From positions 21,020,001 to 21,084,000 of the forward strand of contig CM059432.1 in NCBI GenBank assembly GCA_030390025.1: 64,000 bases of DNA, in the 5' to 3' direction. Below, one piece after another: positions 39,941-52,162 of the stretch. This stretch comes from Squalus acanthias (taxonomy: Eukaryota). Below the pieces are notes generated by a model, which ran no database searches, was not told the origin of the DNA, and worked only from the letters and a program-made list of their open reading frames with translations. The first letter of the stretch is position 1. Each line of letters begins with the position of its first letter. The translations under genes were made by a program, and so were the position numbers.

Positions 39941-40947
39941 TATCTGAAAAAATGCTAACTAATCCACATTGGTTTAAAACTGGTTGATTTAAAACAAATT
40001 GTTGATTCCATGTAAATTTAGCTATTGTATTTCTTCAACCCTGATTCGTGGGGGACCGTGCTGCAACATGGCCAGGTGGAATTGCAGGAAGAGCAGTTCT
40101 GAACTGATTTATCTTCCGATCTTCCCCTTTGGGGAAGTACCTGTCTGCCACTGATGTTACAGCAGAGGTTAGAGAAATACAATCCTCTATGCTACCACCC
40201 TGTGGGACAGTCCATTGGAGCCACCCCTCAGCTCTTGAGATGTATGTCTTTTCGGAAATTATTTTTATTTTGGTTACTTCTGGGCTCTGTGTCAAACTAG
40301 CAGTTGAGAGCTTGTGCTGTGACATTAAAAGGAGGAAATTAAAGCATTCATAATGCCATTTCTGGTGCTTTATGAAGAAATACCATGCATTGATTTCATA
40401 GGAATTCTACATCCAATATATAATAATCTATACTTTAGACCTTGGCCTTCAGTTTTCATTGCCCATTTAGGTTTAACTGCAATATTCCGAGTCGAGTGGG
40501 TAGAGAGGAAGCTCCACAGTTGGCTGTCAGAAGATTTGTAGAATAGGTCACTTACCCCACAATATTTTACTGTCTGGCTTTGAGAGAAGCATCTGATTTT
40601 CACTAGGTTCTCTGCTAACATTCAAACTTAGATCATCCATCCTTTCATTAATGGTACAGCTCCAACAACACTCAAGAATCTCTACACTATCTAGGACAAA
40701 GCAGTCCACTTTATCGGCACCTCATCTACTGGCTTAAATGTCCACTCTCTCCACCATTGGTGTACCGTGGCTGCAGTGTGTATTATCTGCAGGATGCACT
40801 GCAGCAACTCGCCATAGCTTCTTAGTCAGCACCTCCCAAACCCACAACCTCCACCACCTGGAAGGACAAGGGCAGCAGGTGCATGACAGCACCATCACCT
40901 CCAAGTTCCCCTCCAAGTCACACACCATCCTGGACATATATTGCCGT

Positions 40948-43900
40948 GGGGGTACGGGAGCACAGTGGTTATGTTACTGGATGAGTAATCCAGAGGGCTG
41001 GACGGATGATCCAGAGACGTGAGTTCAAATCCCACCACTGCAGCTGGGGAATTTAAATTCAGTTAATTAAATAAATCTGGAATTAAAAAGCTAGTAATGG
41101 TGACCGTGAAACTACCAGATTGTTGGAAAAATCCATATGTTTCACTAATGTCCTTACCCGGTCTGGCCTATATTTGAGTCCAACCCAGAGCAGTGTAGTT
41201 GACTCTTAACTGCCCTCTGAAATGGCCTAGTCGTTCAGTTGTACCAAACCGCTACGAAAAAAAGTAAGAACCACCGCTGCATCGACTGAGGCAGCGGCTT
41301 TGGGCATGACAAAGACACACCCAGTCGACCCTGCAAAGTCCTCCTCACTAACATTTGGGGACTTGTGCCAAAATTGAAAGTCATACTCACAGGAACAGCC
41401 AATTTCAGCCAATCTCTCAGACTCCTCCATTACCATCTGTAGGTAGGACAGTCAGGAGGTAGTGGCCCTGGGAGTACTCAAGATTGACTCCGGACCCCAT
41501 GAAGTCTCATGGCTTCAGGTCAAGCATGGGCATGGCAAGGCTGCTGATTACCACCTACCGTCCTCCCTCAGCTGATGACTCCTCCATGTTGAACACCACT
41601 TGGAAGAAGCGCTGAGGATAGCAAGGGCACAGAATGAGGGACTTCAATGTCCATCACCAAGAGTGGCTCGGTAGCACCACTACTGACCGAGCTGGCCAAG
41701 CCCTGACGGACATAGTTGCCTGACTGGGCCTCTGGCAGGTGGCGAGAGAACCAACACGAGGGAATAACCTACTTGACCTCGTTCTCACCAATCTAACTAT
41801 CGCAGATGCATCTGTCCATGACAGTATTGGTAGGAGTGACCACCGCACAGTCCTTGTGGAGACGAAGTCCCGTCTTCACACTGAGGACACCCTTCATCGT
41901 GTTGTATGGCACTACCACCGTGCTAAACAGGATAGATTCAGAACAGATCTAGCAGCTCAAAACTGGGCATCCATGAAGCGCTGTGGGCCATCAACAGCAG
42001 CAGAATTGTATTCCACCACAATCTCTAACCTCATGGCCTGGCATATCCCTCACTCTACCATTACCATCAAGCTAGGGGACCAACCCTGGTTCAATGAGGA
42101 GTGTGGAAGAGCATGCCAGGAACAGCACCAGGCGTACCTAAAAATGAGGTGCCAACCTGGGGAAGTTGCAACACAGGACTACATGCATGCTAAACAGTGG
42201 AAGCAACATGCTATAGACAGAGCTAAGCAATCCCACAGTCAACGGATCAGATAAAAGCTCTGCAGACCTGCCACATCGATTCGTGAATGGTGGTGGACAA
42301 TTAAACAACTAACGGGAGGAGGAGGCTCCATGAACATCCCCATCCTCATTGAGTGCAAAAGACAAGGCTGAAGCATTTGCAACCATCTTCAGCCGGAAGT
42401 GCCGAGTGGATGATCTATCTCGGTCTCCTCCTGCGGTCCCCACCATCACAGAAGCCAGTCTTCAGACAATTCGATTCACTCCATGTGATACCAAGAAGTG
42501 GCTGAGCACACTGGATACAGCAAAGGCTATGGGCCCTGACAACATCCCGGCTATCGTGCTGAAGACTTGTGCTCCAGAACTAGCCGCGCCTCAAACTAAG
42601 CTGTTCCAGTACAGCTACAACACTGGCATCTACCCAACAATATGGAAAACTGGCCAGGTGTGTCCTGTCCACAAAAAGCAGGCAAATCCAGTCCGGCCAG
42701 TTAGCGTCCCATCAGTTACTCTCAATCATCAGCAAAGTGATGGACGATGTTGTCGACAGTGCTATCAAGCGGCACTTACCAATAACCTGCTCACCGAAGC
42801 TCAGTTTGGGTTCTGCCAGGAACACTTGGCTCCAGACTTCATTACAGCCTTGGTCCAGACATGGACAAAAGAGCTGAATTCCAGAGGTAAGGTGAGAGTG
42901 ATTGCCCTTGAAATCAAGCAGCATTTGACCGAGTTTTTTAAAATTTGTTTATGGGATGTAGGCGTTGCTGGCAAGGCCAGCATTTATTGCCCATCCCTAA
43001 TTGCCCTTAAGAAGGTGATGGTGGGCCGCCTTCTTGTACCGCTGCAGTCTGTGTGGTGAAGGTACTTCCACAGTGCTGTTAGGGAGGGAGTTCCATGATT
43101 TTGACCCAGCGACGATGAAGGATCGGCGATATACTTCTAAGTCAGGATCGTGTGTTACTTGGAGGGGAACTTGGAGGTGGTGGTGTTCCCATGCGCCTGC
43201 TGCCCTTGTTCTTCTAGGTGGAAGAGGTTGTGGGTTTGGGAGTGTGGCATCAAAGAGCCTTAGTGAAATTGAAGTCAGTGGGAATCGGGGGAAAACTCTC
43301 CACTGGCTGGAGTCATACCTAGCACAAAGAAAGAAATTTGTGATTTTTGTAGGCCAAGCATCTCAGCCACAGGACATCACTGCAGGGGTTCCTCTGGGCA
43401 GTGTCCAAGGCCCAACTATCTTTAGCTGCTTCATCAATGACCTTCCCTCCATCATAAGGTCAGAAGTGGGGATGTTCGCTGATGATTGCACAGTGTTCAG
43501 TTCCATTTGCAACTCCTCAGATAATGAAACAGTCCATGCCCGCATGCAGCAAGACCTGGATGACATTGAGGTTTGGGCTTACAAGTGGCAAGTAACATTC
43601 GCGCCACACAAGTGCCAGGCAATGACTATTTCCAACAAGAGAGAGTCTAACCACCGCCCCTTGACATTCAACAGCATTACCATTACCGAATCCCCCACCA
43701 TCAACATCCTGGGGGTCACCATTGACCAGAAACTCACTGGACCAGCTACATAAATACTGTGGCTACAAGAGCAGGTCAGAGGCTGGGTATTCTGCGGCGA
43801 GTGTCTCACCTCCTGACTCCCCAAAGCCTTTCCACCATCTACAAGGCACAAGTAAGGAGTGTGATGAAATACTCTCCTCTTGCCTGGATGAGTGCAGCTC

Positions 43901-44379
43901 CAACAACACTTAAGAAGCTCGACACCATCCAAGACAAAGCAGCCCGCTTGATTGGCACCCCATCCACCACCTTAAACATTCACTCCCTCCACCACCGGCG
44001 CACCGTGGCTGCAGTGTGTACCATCTACAAGATGCACTGCAGCAACTCGCCAAGGCTTCTTAGACAGCACCTCCTAAACCCGCGACCTCTACCACCTAGA
44101 AGGACAAGGGCAGCAGGCGCATGGGAACACCATCACCTCCCAGTTCCCCTCCAAGTCACGCACCATCCTGACTTGGAAATATATCGCCATTCCTTCATCG
44201 TCGCTGGGTCAAAATCCTGGCACTCCCTCCCTAGCAGCACTGTGGGAGTACCTTCGTCTCACAGAATGCAGCGGTTCAAGAAGGCGGCTCACCACCACCT
44301 TCTCAAGGGCATTTAGGGATGGGCAATAAATGTTGGTCTTGCCAGCGATGCCCACATCCCATGAATGAATATAAAAAAA
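40948..44379 (+). mobile_element. Near full-length non-LTR retrotransposon (CR1-group, APE+RT, no apparent ORF1, tRNA-like 5' head), decayed
   Basis: APE motifs (LLTNIWGL about 41340; EPTRGNNLLDLVLTN; GRSDH); RT motifs (KAMGPDNIP, GVPLGSVQGP, MFADDCT); A/B-box-like head; ends atgaatgaatataaaaaaa. Confidence 0.88.
42935..43239 (-). mobile_element. Inverted 3' fragment of the same LINE family inserted into the RT domain
   Basis: Reverse complement of about 44075-44379; flanked by GAGT duplication (42931-42934 and 43240-43243); removing it restores AFDRVWHQ. Confidence 0.9.
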
Positions 44380-46224
44380 TATTCATTGTCGCTGGGTCAA
44401 AATCCTGGTTACTCCCTACCTAACAGCATTGTGGGAGCACCTTCACCACACAGAGTGCAGTGGTCCAAGAAGAAAGCCTATCACCACCTTCTCAAGGGTA
44501 ACTAGGGATAGGCAATAAATGCCGGTTTTAACAGTGACATCCACATCCCGAGAATGAATAAACAAAGAATCAAATGTGAAGAACTCCTCTGATAATCCTA
44601 TGGCAGTATGGACGCAGGAACCAAGTGGTTTGCTGCAAATGTAATATCTTCGATTTAGGTCTGCAAATGAGAAAAATTGCTTTGACGCCGAGTGCTTAGC
44701 TTTCAGGTTCTCTCTGATTCCTGAATTTTCCTGTAAAATAACCTGCATTCTAAACAGTAATGTTCTGTAACACAATAAACAAGTGCACTTCCCTTAAGGG
44801 TACAAAAAAAGATTGCTCCTCGACTGTAACAAGGAGGCAGTAAAGGAGAAAGGACATACAAATGGTGCTAGTTTAAATAGGGAGCAATATCTCATTGCAC
44901 TTCTATTATGTGTTGCGTGCATTTCAGTTTTGCTTAAATTGTGATAAATTATTACACAATTTTTTTTAGATAACATGCAAAGCACAGTTTGAAAATGAAT
45001 AACAAAATCCCATCGATGCAGCTTTGTTTCATCACTGGTGATTCAAGCAGTTTTTCCAGATATTTAAAATGCATGGCTGGCAACGATATTGATTATTATG
45101 CAGTATCTGTCTACTTTTTTCCCAGAGCACTGTAAAGAATAGTTCTGATATAGAGAGCTATAGATACAGATATATACAGAGCTATTAACATTGTATACAG
45201 GTAGGTATATTCAAATCAAACATCTTTTCTTGCAAAATGCTGCTGTTTAAAGTACAATCGTAAAAAAAAAATGTGGATTTTGAATCTTTAATTTTTTTTT
45301 TAGAAAAGCCTGAGTTTGTATAAAATGGAGTCATCTTTTTGCTATTATATAATCATTTTTGGTTGCTTGTTTTTTTCTAGGTTGTGTAATTTTTACAGCG
45401 TTGTCATGTCCTGGAATTGCTTTTGTCAGTGCGGTGTGCTGGGCTTGTGTATTTGAGACAAGCAGAACCAAAAAAAACTGATTGTCTGTTTGTTGTGACC
45501 AGGAGAAAAAGAACTGATTTCGCACTCATTTCAACACCTTTCCTCTTGCGAGGGATTCCTTATTTCAGGCTGCCACTGTTTAAATTTTAAACGGCTGACA
45601 CAAACCCGAGTTCACAGCTTCAGAGCTATTAGTTCATTCCCCCCCACTTCAATTATGGAAGCACTTCTGCAGTATAATGCAGCGGCCCATTTTTACTTTC
45701 GAGCAGATTCAAAGCTCCACCTACAAATTATCCCCTAAGTTGGGGGAAAGTCCATACACCTCTGCAACCGTACCCCAGCAGCGATCCGGAGAGGAAGGGA
45801 GAAATTGGGAAAACAAAATAAATTTACTACGATTGCCAATTTCTCTAACTCTCTTGGATTTACTCCAAATACTGAGTCCATTCTTTTACAGCTCCCAACG
45901 CAACAGGAACTTGTGCCAAAATTAGAATAGAAATTAACATAATCAATTCTCTTCAGTAAATGAACGAGTGCATAAGGAAAGATGGAGCAATAAAAGACCA
46001 TTCATCCCATTGAACATGGTCCATCTATACCATGTGTATAATCTACTCTGTCAGTGATTCTACCCATTAATCTCCAAGGAATGGTTTTGAGAAATTTATT
46101 TTTACCTTTCTCTTCTTGCCCACCCCCCCCCTCACCATGGAAACCAAGCAAGACTCGGGAATACCTTGTTACATGCAGGCTTTTCCCTAACACTTGCTCT
46201 CATGTTCACAGTTTGCATAAGCAA

Positions 46225-46635
46225 ACTGAACCTCATGAAGCTCAACGTAAGCTCGAGGAACAGCACCTCATCTTTGATTAGGCACTTCACAGCCTTCTGG
46301 ACTCAACATTGAGTTCAACAATTTCAGACTATAACACCTGCCCCCATTTTTCAGGCTGTTTATGATTCTGCCATCCCCATTTGCAACATTTTTATCTCTC
46401 CTGCCTCCTACCCTAGTTCCTTCAGATCCTCTCCTCCCTTCCCCCCCCCCCATCCTGCCTCTGCACCTGCTTAAAATCTGTTACATTTCCTGCTTTTTCC
46501 AGTTCTGACGAAGGGTCCCAGACATGAAACGTTAACTCTGTTTCTCTCTCCACGGATGCTGCCTGGCCTGCTGAGTATTTCCAGCATTTTCTGTTGTTAT
46601 TTCAGATTTCCAGCATCCGCAGTATTTTGCTATTG
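46225..46635 (+). mobile_element. Penelope-like element 3' end (GIY-YIG C-terminus plus pLTR)
   Basis: EAQRKLEEQHLIF/(R)LGTSQPSGLNIEFNNF, typical of PLE endonuclease ends, followed by a pyrimidine tract and a hammerhead-like core. Confidence 0.8.
46501..46537 (+). ncRNA. Minimal type I hammerhead ribozyme motif (Penelope-associated), probably degenerate
   Basis: agtt-CTGACGA-agggtc cca gacat-GAAAC-gtt-aact: both conserved core boxes, short stem II with a mismatch, stem I agtt/aact. Confidence 0.6.
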
Positions 46636-46883
46636 TCTCTTACGAACTGAAACTTGCGCCTCACTCATTGGTGTGGATGGAAAAGTGAGCCCAAAATTAA
46701 CTGTTACCTCCTAGACATGGTTTCTTACTCACTGGAGATTATCTGGGATAACCAGTACTTTCTATCTCACTTGCAGAGGTGGGAAATAAAAAGTCGTCCG
46801 ACCAATGCATACAATTAAAACTACTTGTTCCAAGGGACATCGGAAAGATACTGAAGTAGCACAATAATCAAACTTACACAATA

Positions 46884-47238
46884 CAGGAAACTCTTTGGTA
46901 TCCGGCACCGACGGGACCGGGATGGTGCCGGTTGATTAAAAATTCCGGATAACGGAGAGGTATATCTACCGAGGCTATTTTTAACAAACAAAAATAAAAA
47001 AATCAAGAAATGTACAGTATAATTGGTTACTCCCCTACAGAATGTTGTGTTAAATGGATGGTGGAAGATGCTTGATTAAGTACAGTAATGCCAGTTGAGG
47101 GTAATCCATAACTATTTAATTACTTAACAGTAAAACAAAACTTATAAACGACTGTATACTGTAGTTTTCGGAGTATGAATTCTGCCGGTTATTAGAGAAT
47201 TCCGGATATTTAGGTGCCGTTTAAACGAGAGTTTCCTG
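46884..47238. mobile_element. Tc1/mariner (pogo/Tigger-like) MITE
   Basis: Same TIR, TA duplication at 46882-83 and 47239-40. Confidence 0.88.
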
Positions 47239-48154
47239 TATATGAACAGTTTAAAAACAAAAGAATAGTCCACAATCCATAAAGGTCTTTTCAGTAGCTT
47301 CTGTGTGGATAGAGGCAGCAACATCGGGCTTTTCGGGTAGGCGTGGAAAGGCAGAGCGTTGGGAACCAGATGGGTGGACGAGACGCAGTGTTTTATCTAT
47401 GATTGGATGAATTATTGAACACAAAGGGAGCCAGTCAGAAACTGGGGTTTCCATTTGTATTCCAATACCTACTAAAGTTAGGGAATGAGTTGACCAATCA
47501 GGCAGCTTAGCTTGTTGTTTGACCAGCTTTACTTGTAACTCGTGCTCTCGTCATGCATATTTCTTACTGTCTTGTTCACAGAAGCGATAGAGGTGTTGGA
47601 TGCCATGAAATCGTCCTCACTACTTTCAGGCACTCTCAGGAGCTAGTGAAGCAACTTTGGGTGTGAATAGCCAGTCGTGTTGAAAGCTTGAAAACTGATT
47701 GATTTGCACAAAATACTTCTGTTAAAATGCAAAAAAAACCTCACTGTAAGAGAAATCCAACAGGGTTAAAGCATTCTATAACAAAGAGCCAGCATATATA
47801 TAATGGGTCGAATAGCCTCCTTCTGTGCTTCTGAAGGAAAAAAAAATTGCAGGGCTGCGGGGAAAGGGCAGGGGGAGTGGGACTAGCTGAAGTGCTCTTG
47901 CAGAGAGCTGGCACGGGCTCGATGGGCCGAATGGCCTCCTTCTGTGCTGTAACCATTCTATGATTTATGGTTCCTTAGAATAATTTTAAAACAGTGATAC
48001 ATTGATCACCAAAACTCCCCACCGTACCATGCATATGGCTATCTAATATATATTTAAAGAAATAGACTGAACTATTTTGGCACATAAGTGATTTATTTTT
48101 GAAAAACACTGCATTAATATACATGTACCCCTTTTTGCCTTTAATTTATTTTAG

Positions 48155-48224
48155 GACTTCCAGCCCTTGTTGTGGCAACATCTGTTGGATTCACCAAATC
48201 AAAGGGATATGGAACAGTAAACTA
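48155..48224 (+). CDS. ADGRB1: ADGRB1 coding exon, TM4-ECL2
   Basis: ttattttag|GA CTT CCA...; (G)LPALVVATSVGFTKSKGYGTVN(Y); donor GTAAGT at 48225 (phase 2). I did not find the next exon in the window. Confidence 0.95.
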
Positions 48225-49118
48225 GTAAGTAGGCCATAGCACTCCTTAATGGTTTGTTTAATACAGTAAATGTATGATTATCCTTTTACTGATGTTTTCA
48301 TTACAAAGTGATTCATTGCAGTCTTTCAGCTCACCGCGAGTCTTATCTGTTGTGAGTAATTCATGCAGGCTGTTCCTGCCTCTCATAATCTGCCCAGACC
48401 ACTGCCTTTTGGTGATCCTTCAATCCTCTAGCATCAGGCTGTGCTGTACTCCAGAGAGAAAAATAATACAAAATCAAATCTCAGTGGCTTCTTTCCTTTA
48501 GCTTTTTCCCAATGACCTCTCGTAGTTTATTACTTCATCACTTGTATGCATGGCCGTGCATTGTTTGTTCTATCCGTTTTTTTTTTACTGTAAATCATTG
48601 CAATAATACAATATTTATAACACTGTTATTCAGTCAGGGCTGTCAGTTTGAAAAATACTGTATTCTACAGGTCTCTGACATGTATCGTATCTATTGTTTA
48701 TGGGAGATAGTTGGCTGGGAGGAAAATACTCATTCAGACAAGTGTTTCGATAACATCTTAAACGCTAACAGTGATGCTTGAGCAATTTTCAAACGTTGGT
48801 AGAATCTCAAAATCACATCACATGTCTTAAAATCACTGCCAGTTACTTCTTATTCTATAAAGTATAATATATGGCGTGTATATTTATTTTTAAAATAACT
48901 TACTGATCTGTGGTAGGTATGCTGAGCAGAGGAGATGTGTGTCATGAAGAGAAAAATATTGTAAGAGCTGAAGACACCTGACATCACATACCTTATACTA
49001 TAGTATTACACAAGTTTTTTCCCCACCAGAAATAGGTTTTTCACCACACTCTGTTTAAAGCAGAGTGACTGCGCACTGTACAGTTTGAATGAAGAGTGTA
49101 AGTGGGGCTATTGAAGTA

Positions 49119-49371
49119 CAGGAAACTCTTTCGTATCCGGCACCGACAGGACCGGGATGGTGCCGGTTGATTAAAAATTCCGGATAACAGAGAGGTAGGC
49201 AATTTTTAACACAAAAAAAATAAAAACCAGTGACTAACTCGGCCACCGCGGGAAACTCGGACTCGGAAAAAAACGAAAAATGGATGGATTCGGCAAGATT
49301 ACCGGCTATCTATTTTGCCGGTTATTCAAGAATTCCGGTTGATTAGGTGCCGTTTAAACAAGAGTTTACTG
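49119..49371. mobile_element. Tc1/mariner (pogo/Tigger-like) MITE
   Basis: Same TIR (one mismatch at the right end), TA duplication at 49117-18 and 49372-73. Confidence 0.88.
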
Positions 49372-49743
49372 TAGTATTATGGGGACATACCATTGTGATC
49401 AACTTACTTTACCCAACCAGGGACTCCTCAGTAGATGTGACTAGGTGCGGAGTTCAGAAAGGCTAATGATCATTGGTGTGATATTTTCCACTGATTTTTA
49501 ATGTGAGTGAAAAGGTTGGTGCAAATATAAAGTGAGAGACTGAGAAGAGTCACTTGAGGGATCTAGTTGAGAAACATTGCCAATGAAATTGAACATTAAC
49601 TACTTAAAAATGGTTGTATTCAACATGGAGGAAAGGTCTCTTTCTGGGAAATCTAAAAAGATAGAATGTGTCTTTAAAATATTGTGGCGGAGGTTAGGAG
49701 GCTACATTTTATCAAGGCTTTGCCGCTGGTGTCGTGCCTCACT

Positions 49744-50103
49744 CATAAGCATAAGAAATAGGAGCAGGAGTAGGCCATACGGCCCCTTGCGTCTGCTCTG
49801 CCATTCAATAAGATCATGGCTGATCCTCGATCTCAACTCCACTTTCCCGCCCGATCCCCATATCCCTTGATTCCCCTAGAGTCCAAAAATCTATCCATCT
49901 CAGCCTTGAATATAGTCAACGATTCAGTATCCATAGCCTTCTGGGGTAGAAAATTCCAAAGATTCACAACCCTCTGAGTGAAGAAATTTCTCCTAATCTC
50001 AGTCCTAAATGACCGACCCCTTATCCTGAGAGTAAGACCCCTAGCTCTAGACTCTCCAGCCAGAGGAAACAGCCTCTCAGCATCTACCCTGTCAAGCCCT
50101 CTT
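49744..50103 (-). mobile_element. CR1 3' fragment
   Basis: GLDRVDAERLFPLAGESR...FFTQRVVNLWN. Confidence 0.9.
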
Positions 50104-50477
50104 AATGGGATTTTGATCGGTGAATCAGGTGCCAAGGGCTGCTCTGGATTTTCAATTAATCATTGGAAAATTGATGTCTGTGCCCAATTCTATGATCAGC
50201 ACTCCTTTTGAATAAAGCTCCCGCCAGGAAACTTGTCTTGCAAAATTTACCTTAGAGGGTAAGCTTTAGTGATTTGCTTTTTGAATTGTTGGGTGTTACC
50301 TTTAAAAGGTGAATTGCCATCAGAATTCTTATTTAAGAATGAAAACTGCTGTGCATAAACAGGGAAAAAGCTTCCCTGTCTCTGGGGAGACCAGAAAATC
50401 AGGGACACCAGCATTAAAAATCAGGGTCAGATGACCAAAATTAAGACCGCTTTAGTTTACGATGTGTTACACCAATA

Positions 50478-51265
50478 GAACAATGAAAGTTTATAGCACA
50501 GAACGAGGGCATTCTGCTTATTATGTTGGTATCAGCTTATTGCTGGAGCAATCCAAAACTAATCCAACTGCCCCATTTTCTCCTTATAGCCTTGCATCTT
50601 CCTCGACTTCCAATAATTATTCAATTTTCCTTTAAAGAATACAGTGGTCTTTGCCTCAACAACTCCCTGTGGAACAACATTCCACACGACAAAAACCCTC
50701 TGTGTAAAGGACATTTACTAATATCTCCACTCGCTCTCTTATTGATTATTTTAAACTGATGACCGCTTGTCACTTATTCCCAGCCAGTGAAAATAGTCTT
50801 TTCTATTCACACTATCAGAATTATGCATAATTTAAAAAACCTGTATTAAATCTACACAGCCTTCTCTGTCCCAATAGAAATAGTCCCAGTATCTCAAGTC
50901 ACTCCTTATAATATACTTCCCATTCCTGGCATTATCCTGGTGAATCTATGCTGTTCACTCTATGCCTTTAATGTCGTTTCTATAATAGGGTGCCTGAAGC
51001 TACACACAGCGGCCTAACCAATGCTTTGTATAATAAAAACAGAAAATGCTGGAAATACTCAGCAGGTCAGGCAGCACCTGTGGATAGAGAAACAGATTTA
51101 TCGTTTCAGGTCTGTGACTCTTCGTCAGTAAATTGGTAATTACTTTTTTACTCTCGTATCTTATGCCCCCATTTATAAATCCCAAAATGCTGTTGGCCTT
51201 TTTTTATTGCTTTTACTACCTACGTATTTTCAGGGAGTTATGTATTTGAACCTCTAGCTCTCTCT
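50478..51265 (-). mobile_element. CR1 3' fragment, old, with a Penelope end inserted at about 51033-51128
   Basis: Degenerate CR1 3' region on the minus strand. Confidence 0.75.
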
Positions 51266-51325
51266 AAGAACTAAGAATTAAGGAGGAAAAAGATAAGATT
51301 TCTGGCCTTCGGAGCTGAAGACTTC

Positions 51326-51731
51326 ATAAGAACAATTCATAACTGGATAAGCCGTGACAAAGTCCCAGGCATGGTTAGGGTGGTATTTTCTCATGCTGAT
51401 AAAATTCTGTTGATGCCCTTGTTTACCTTATGACAGTTACAGATTCGGTTTAATTCTTGGGAAAGCCAGAACTTTTTGGCCAGAAATCTAATTTGTTTAT
51501 GCGGTTTGACCTTTGGAGTACGCCCACGGGAGAGATATTAGACAACCTGAGGTAAGGAATTTTGGAAGCTGACCAAATGTCACTTTGGTGAGGCATTTTT
51601 AAAAATCAGGATTGCAATTCTGGAATGAACAGAGTGGGACACCTTCCAAATCATCCTGATAAGAACAATTCATAACTGGGTAAGCCGTGACTAAGTCCCA
51701 GGCATGGTTAGGGTGGTATTTTCTCATGCTG
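51326..51731. repeat. 73-bp direct repeat pair (51326-51398 and 51659-51731)
   Basis: Two mismatches in 73 bp; starts 333 bp apart. Confidence 0.93.
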
Positions 51732-52162
51732 TGGCTCAGTGGGTAGCACACTCGCCTCTGAGTGTGAAGGTTGTGGGTTCAAGTCCCACGCCAGGGACTT
51801 GAGCACATAAAGCTAGGCTGACACTCCAGTGCAGTGCTGAGGGAGTGCTGCACTGTCAGAGGTGCTGTCTTTCGGATGAGACATTAAACCGAGGCCCTGT
51901 CTGCTCTCTCAGGTGGATGTAAAAGATCCCATGGCACTATTTCGAAGAAGAGCAGGGGAGCTATCCCCGGTGTCCTGGCCAATATTTATCCCTCAACCAA
52001 CATAACAAAAACAGATTATCTGGCCAATCTGTGCGCAAATTGGCTGCCACGTTTCCCACATTACAACAGTGATTCCATTCCAAAAGTACTTCATTGGCTG
52101 TAAAGCGCTTTAAGACATCCGATGGTGGTGAAAAGTGCTATATAAATGCAAGTCTTTCTTTC
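51728..52162 (+). mobile_element. tRNA-derived DeuSINE (SacSINE1-like), best-preserved copy
   Basis: A box tggctcagtgg, B box ggttcaagtcc, Deu-domain core (gatcccatggcactatttcgaagaagagcagggg...gtcctggccaatatttatccctcaacc), L2-type tail ataaatgcaagtctttctt. Family name is from recall, not a search. Confidence 0.85.

Larger units (their letters stand above)
40655..44565 (+). mobile_element. Older 3' fragment of the same LINE family, split by the full-length copy (40655-40947 plus 44381-44565)
   Basis: Both halves are collinear with about 43895-44379 and join across the insertion. Confidence 0.8.

Noticed and set aside
23581..48224. ADGRB2 or ADGRB3 assignment
   Set aside because: Diagnostic residues ([46 protein letters not shown]) fit BAI1 better as recalled; a phylogeny would confirm.
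51728..51800. tRNA gene
   Set aside because: A and B boxes continue directly into a SINE body found in many copies.
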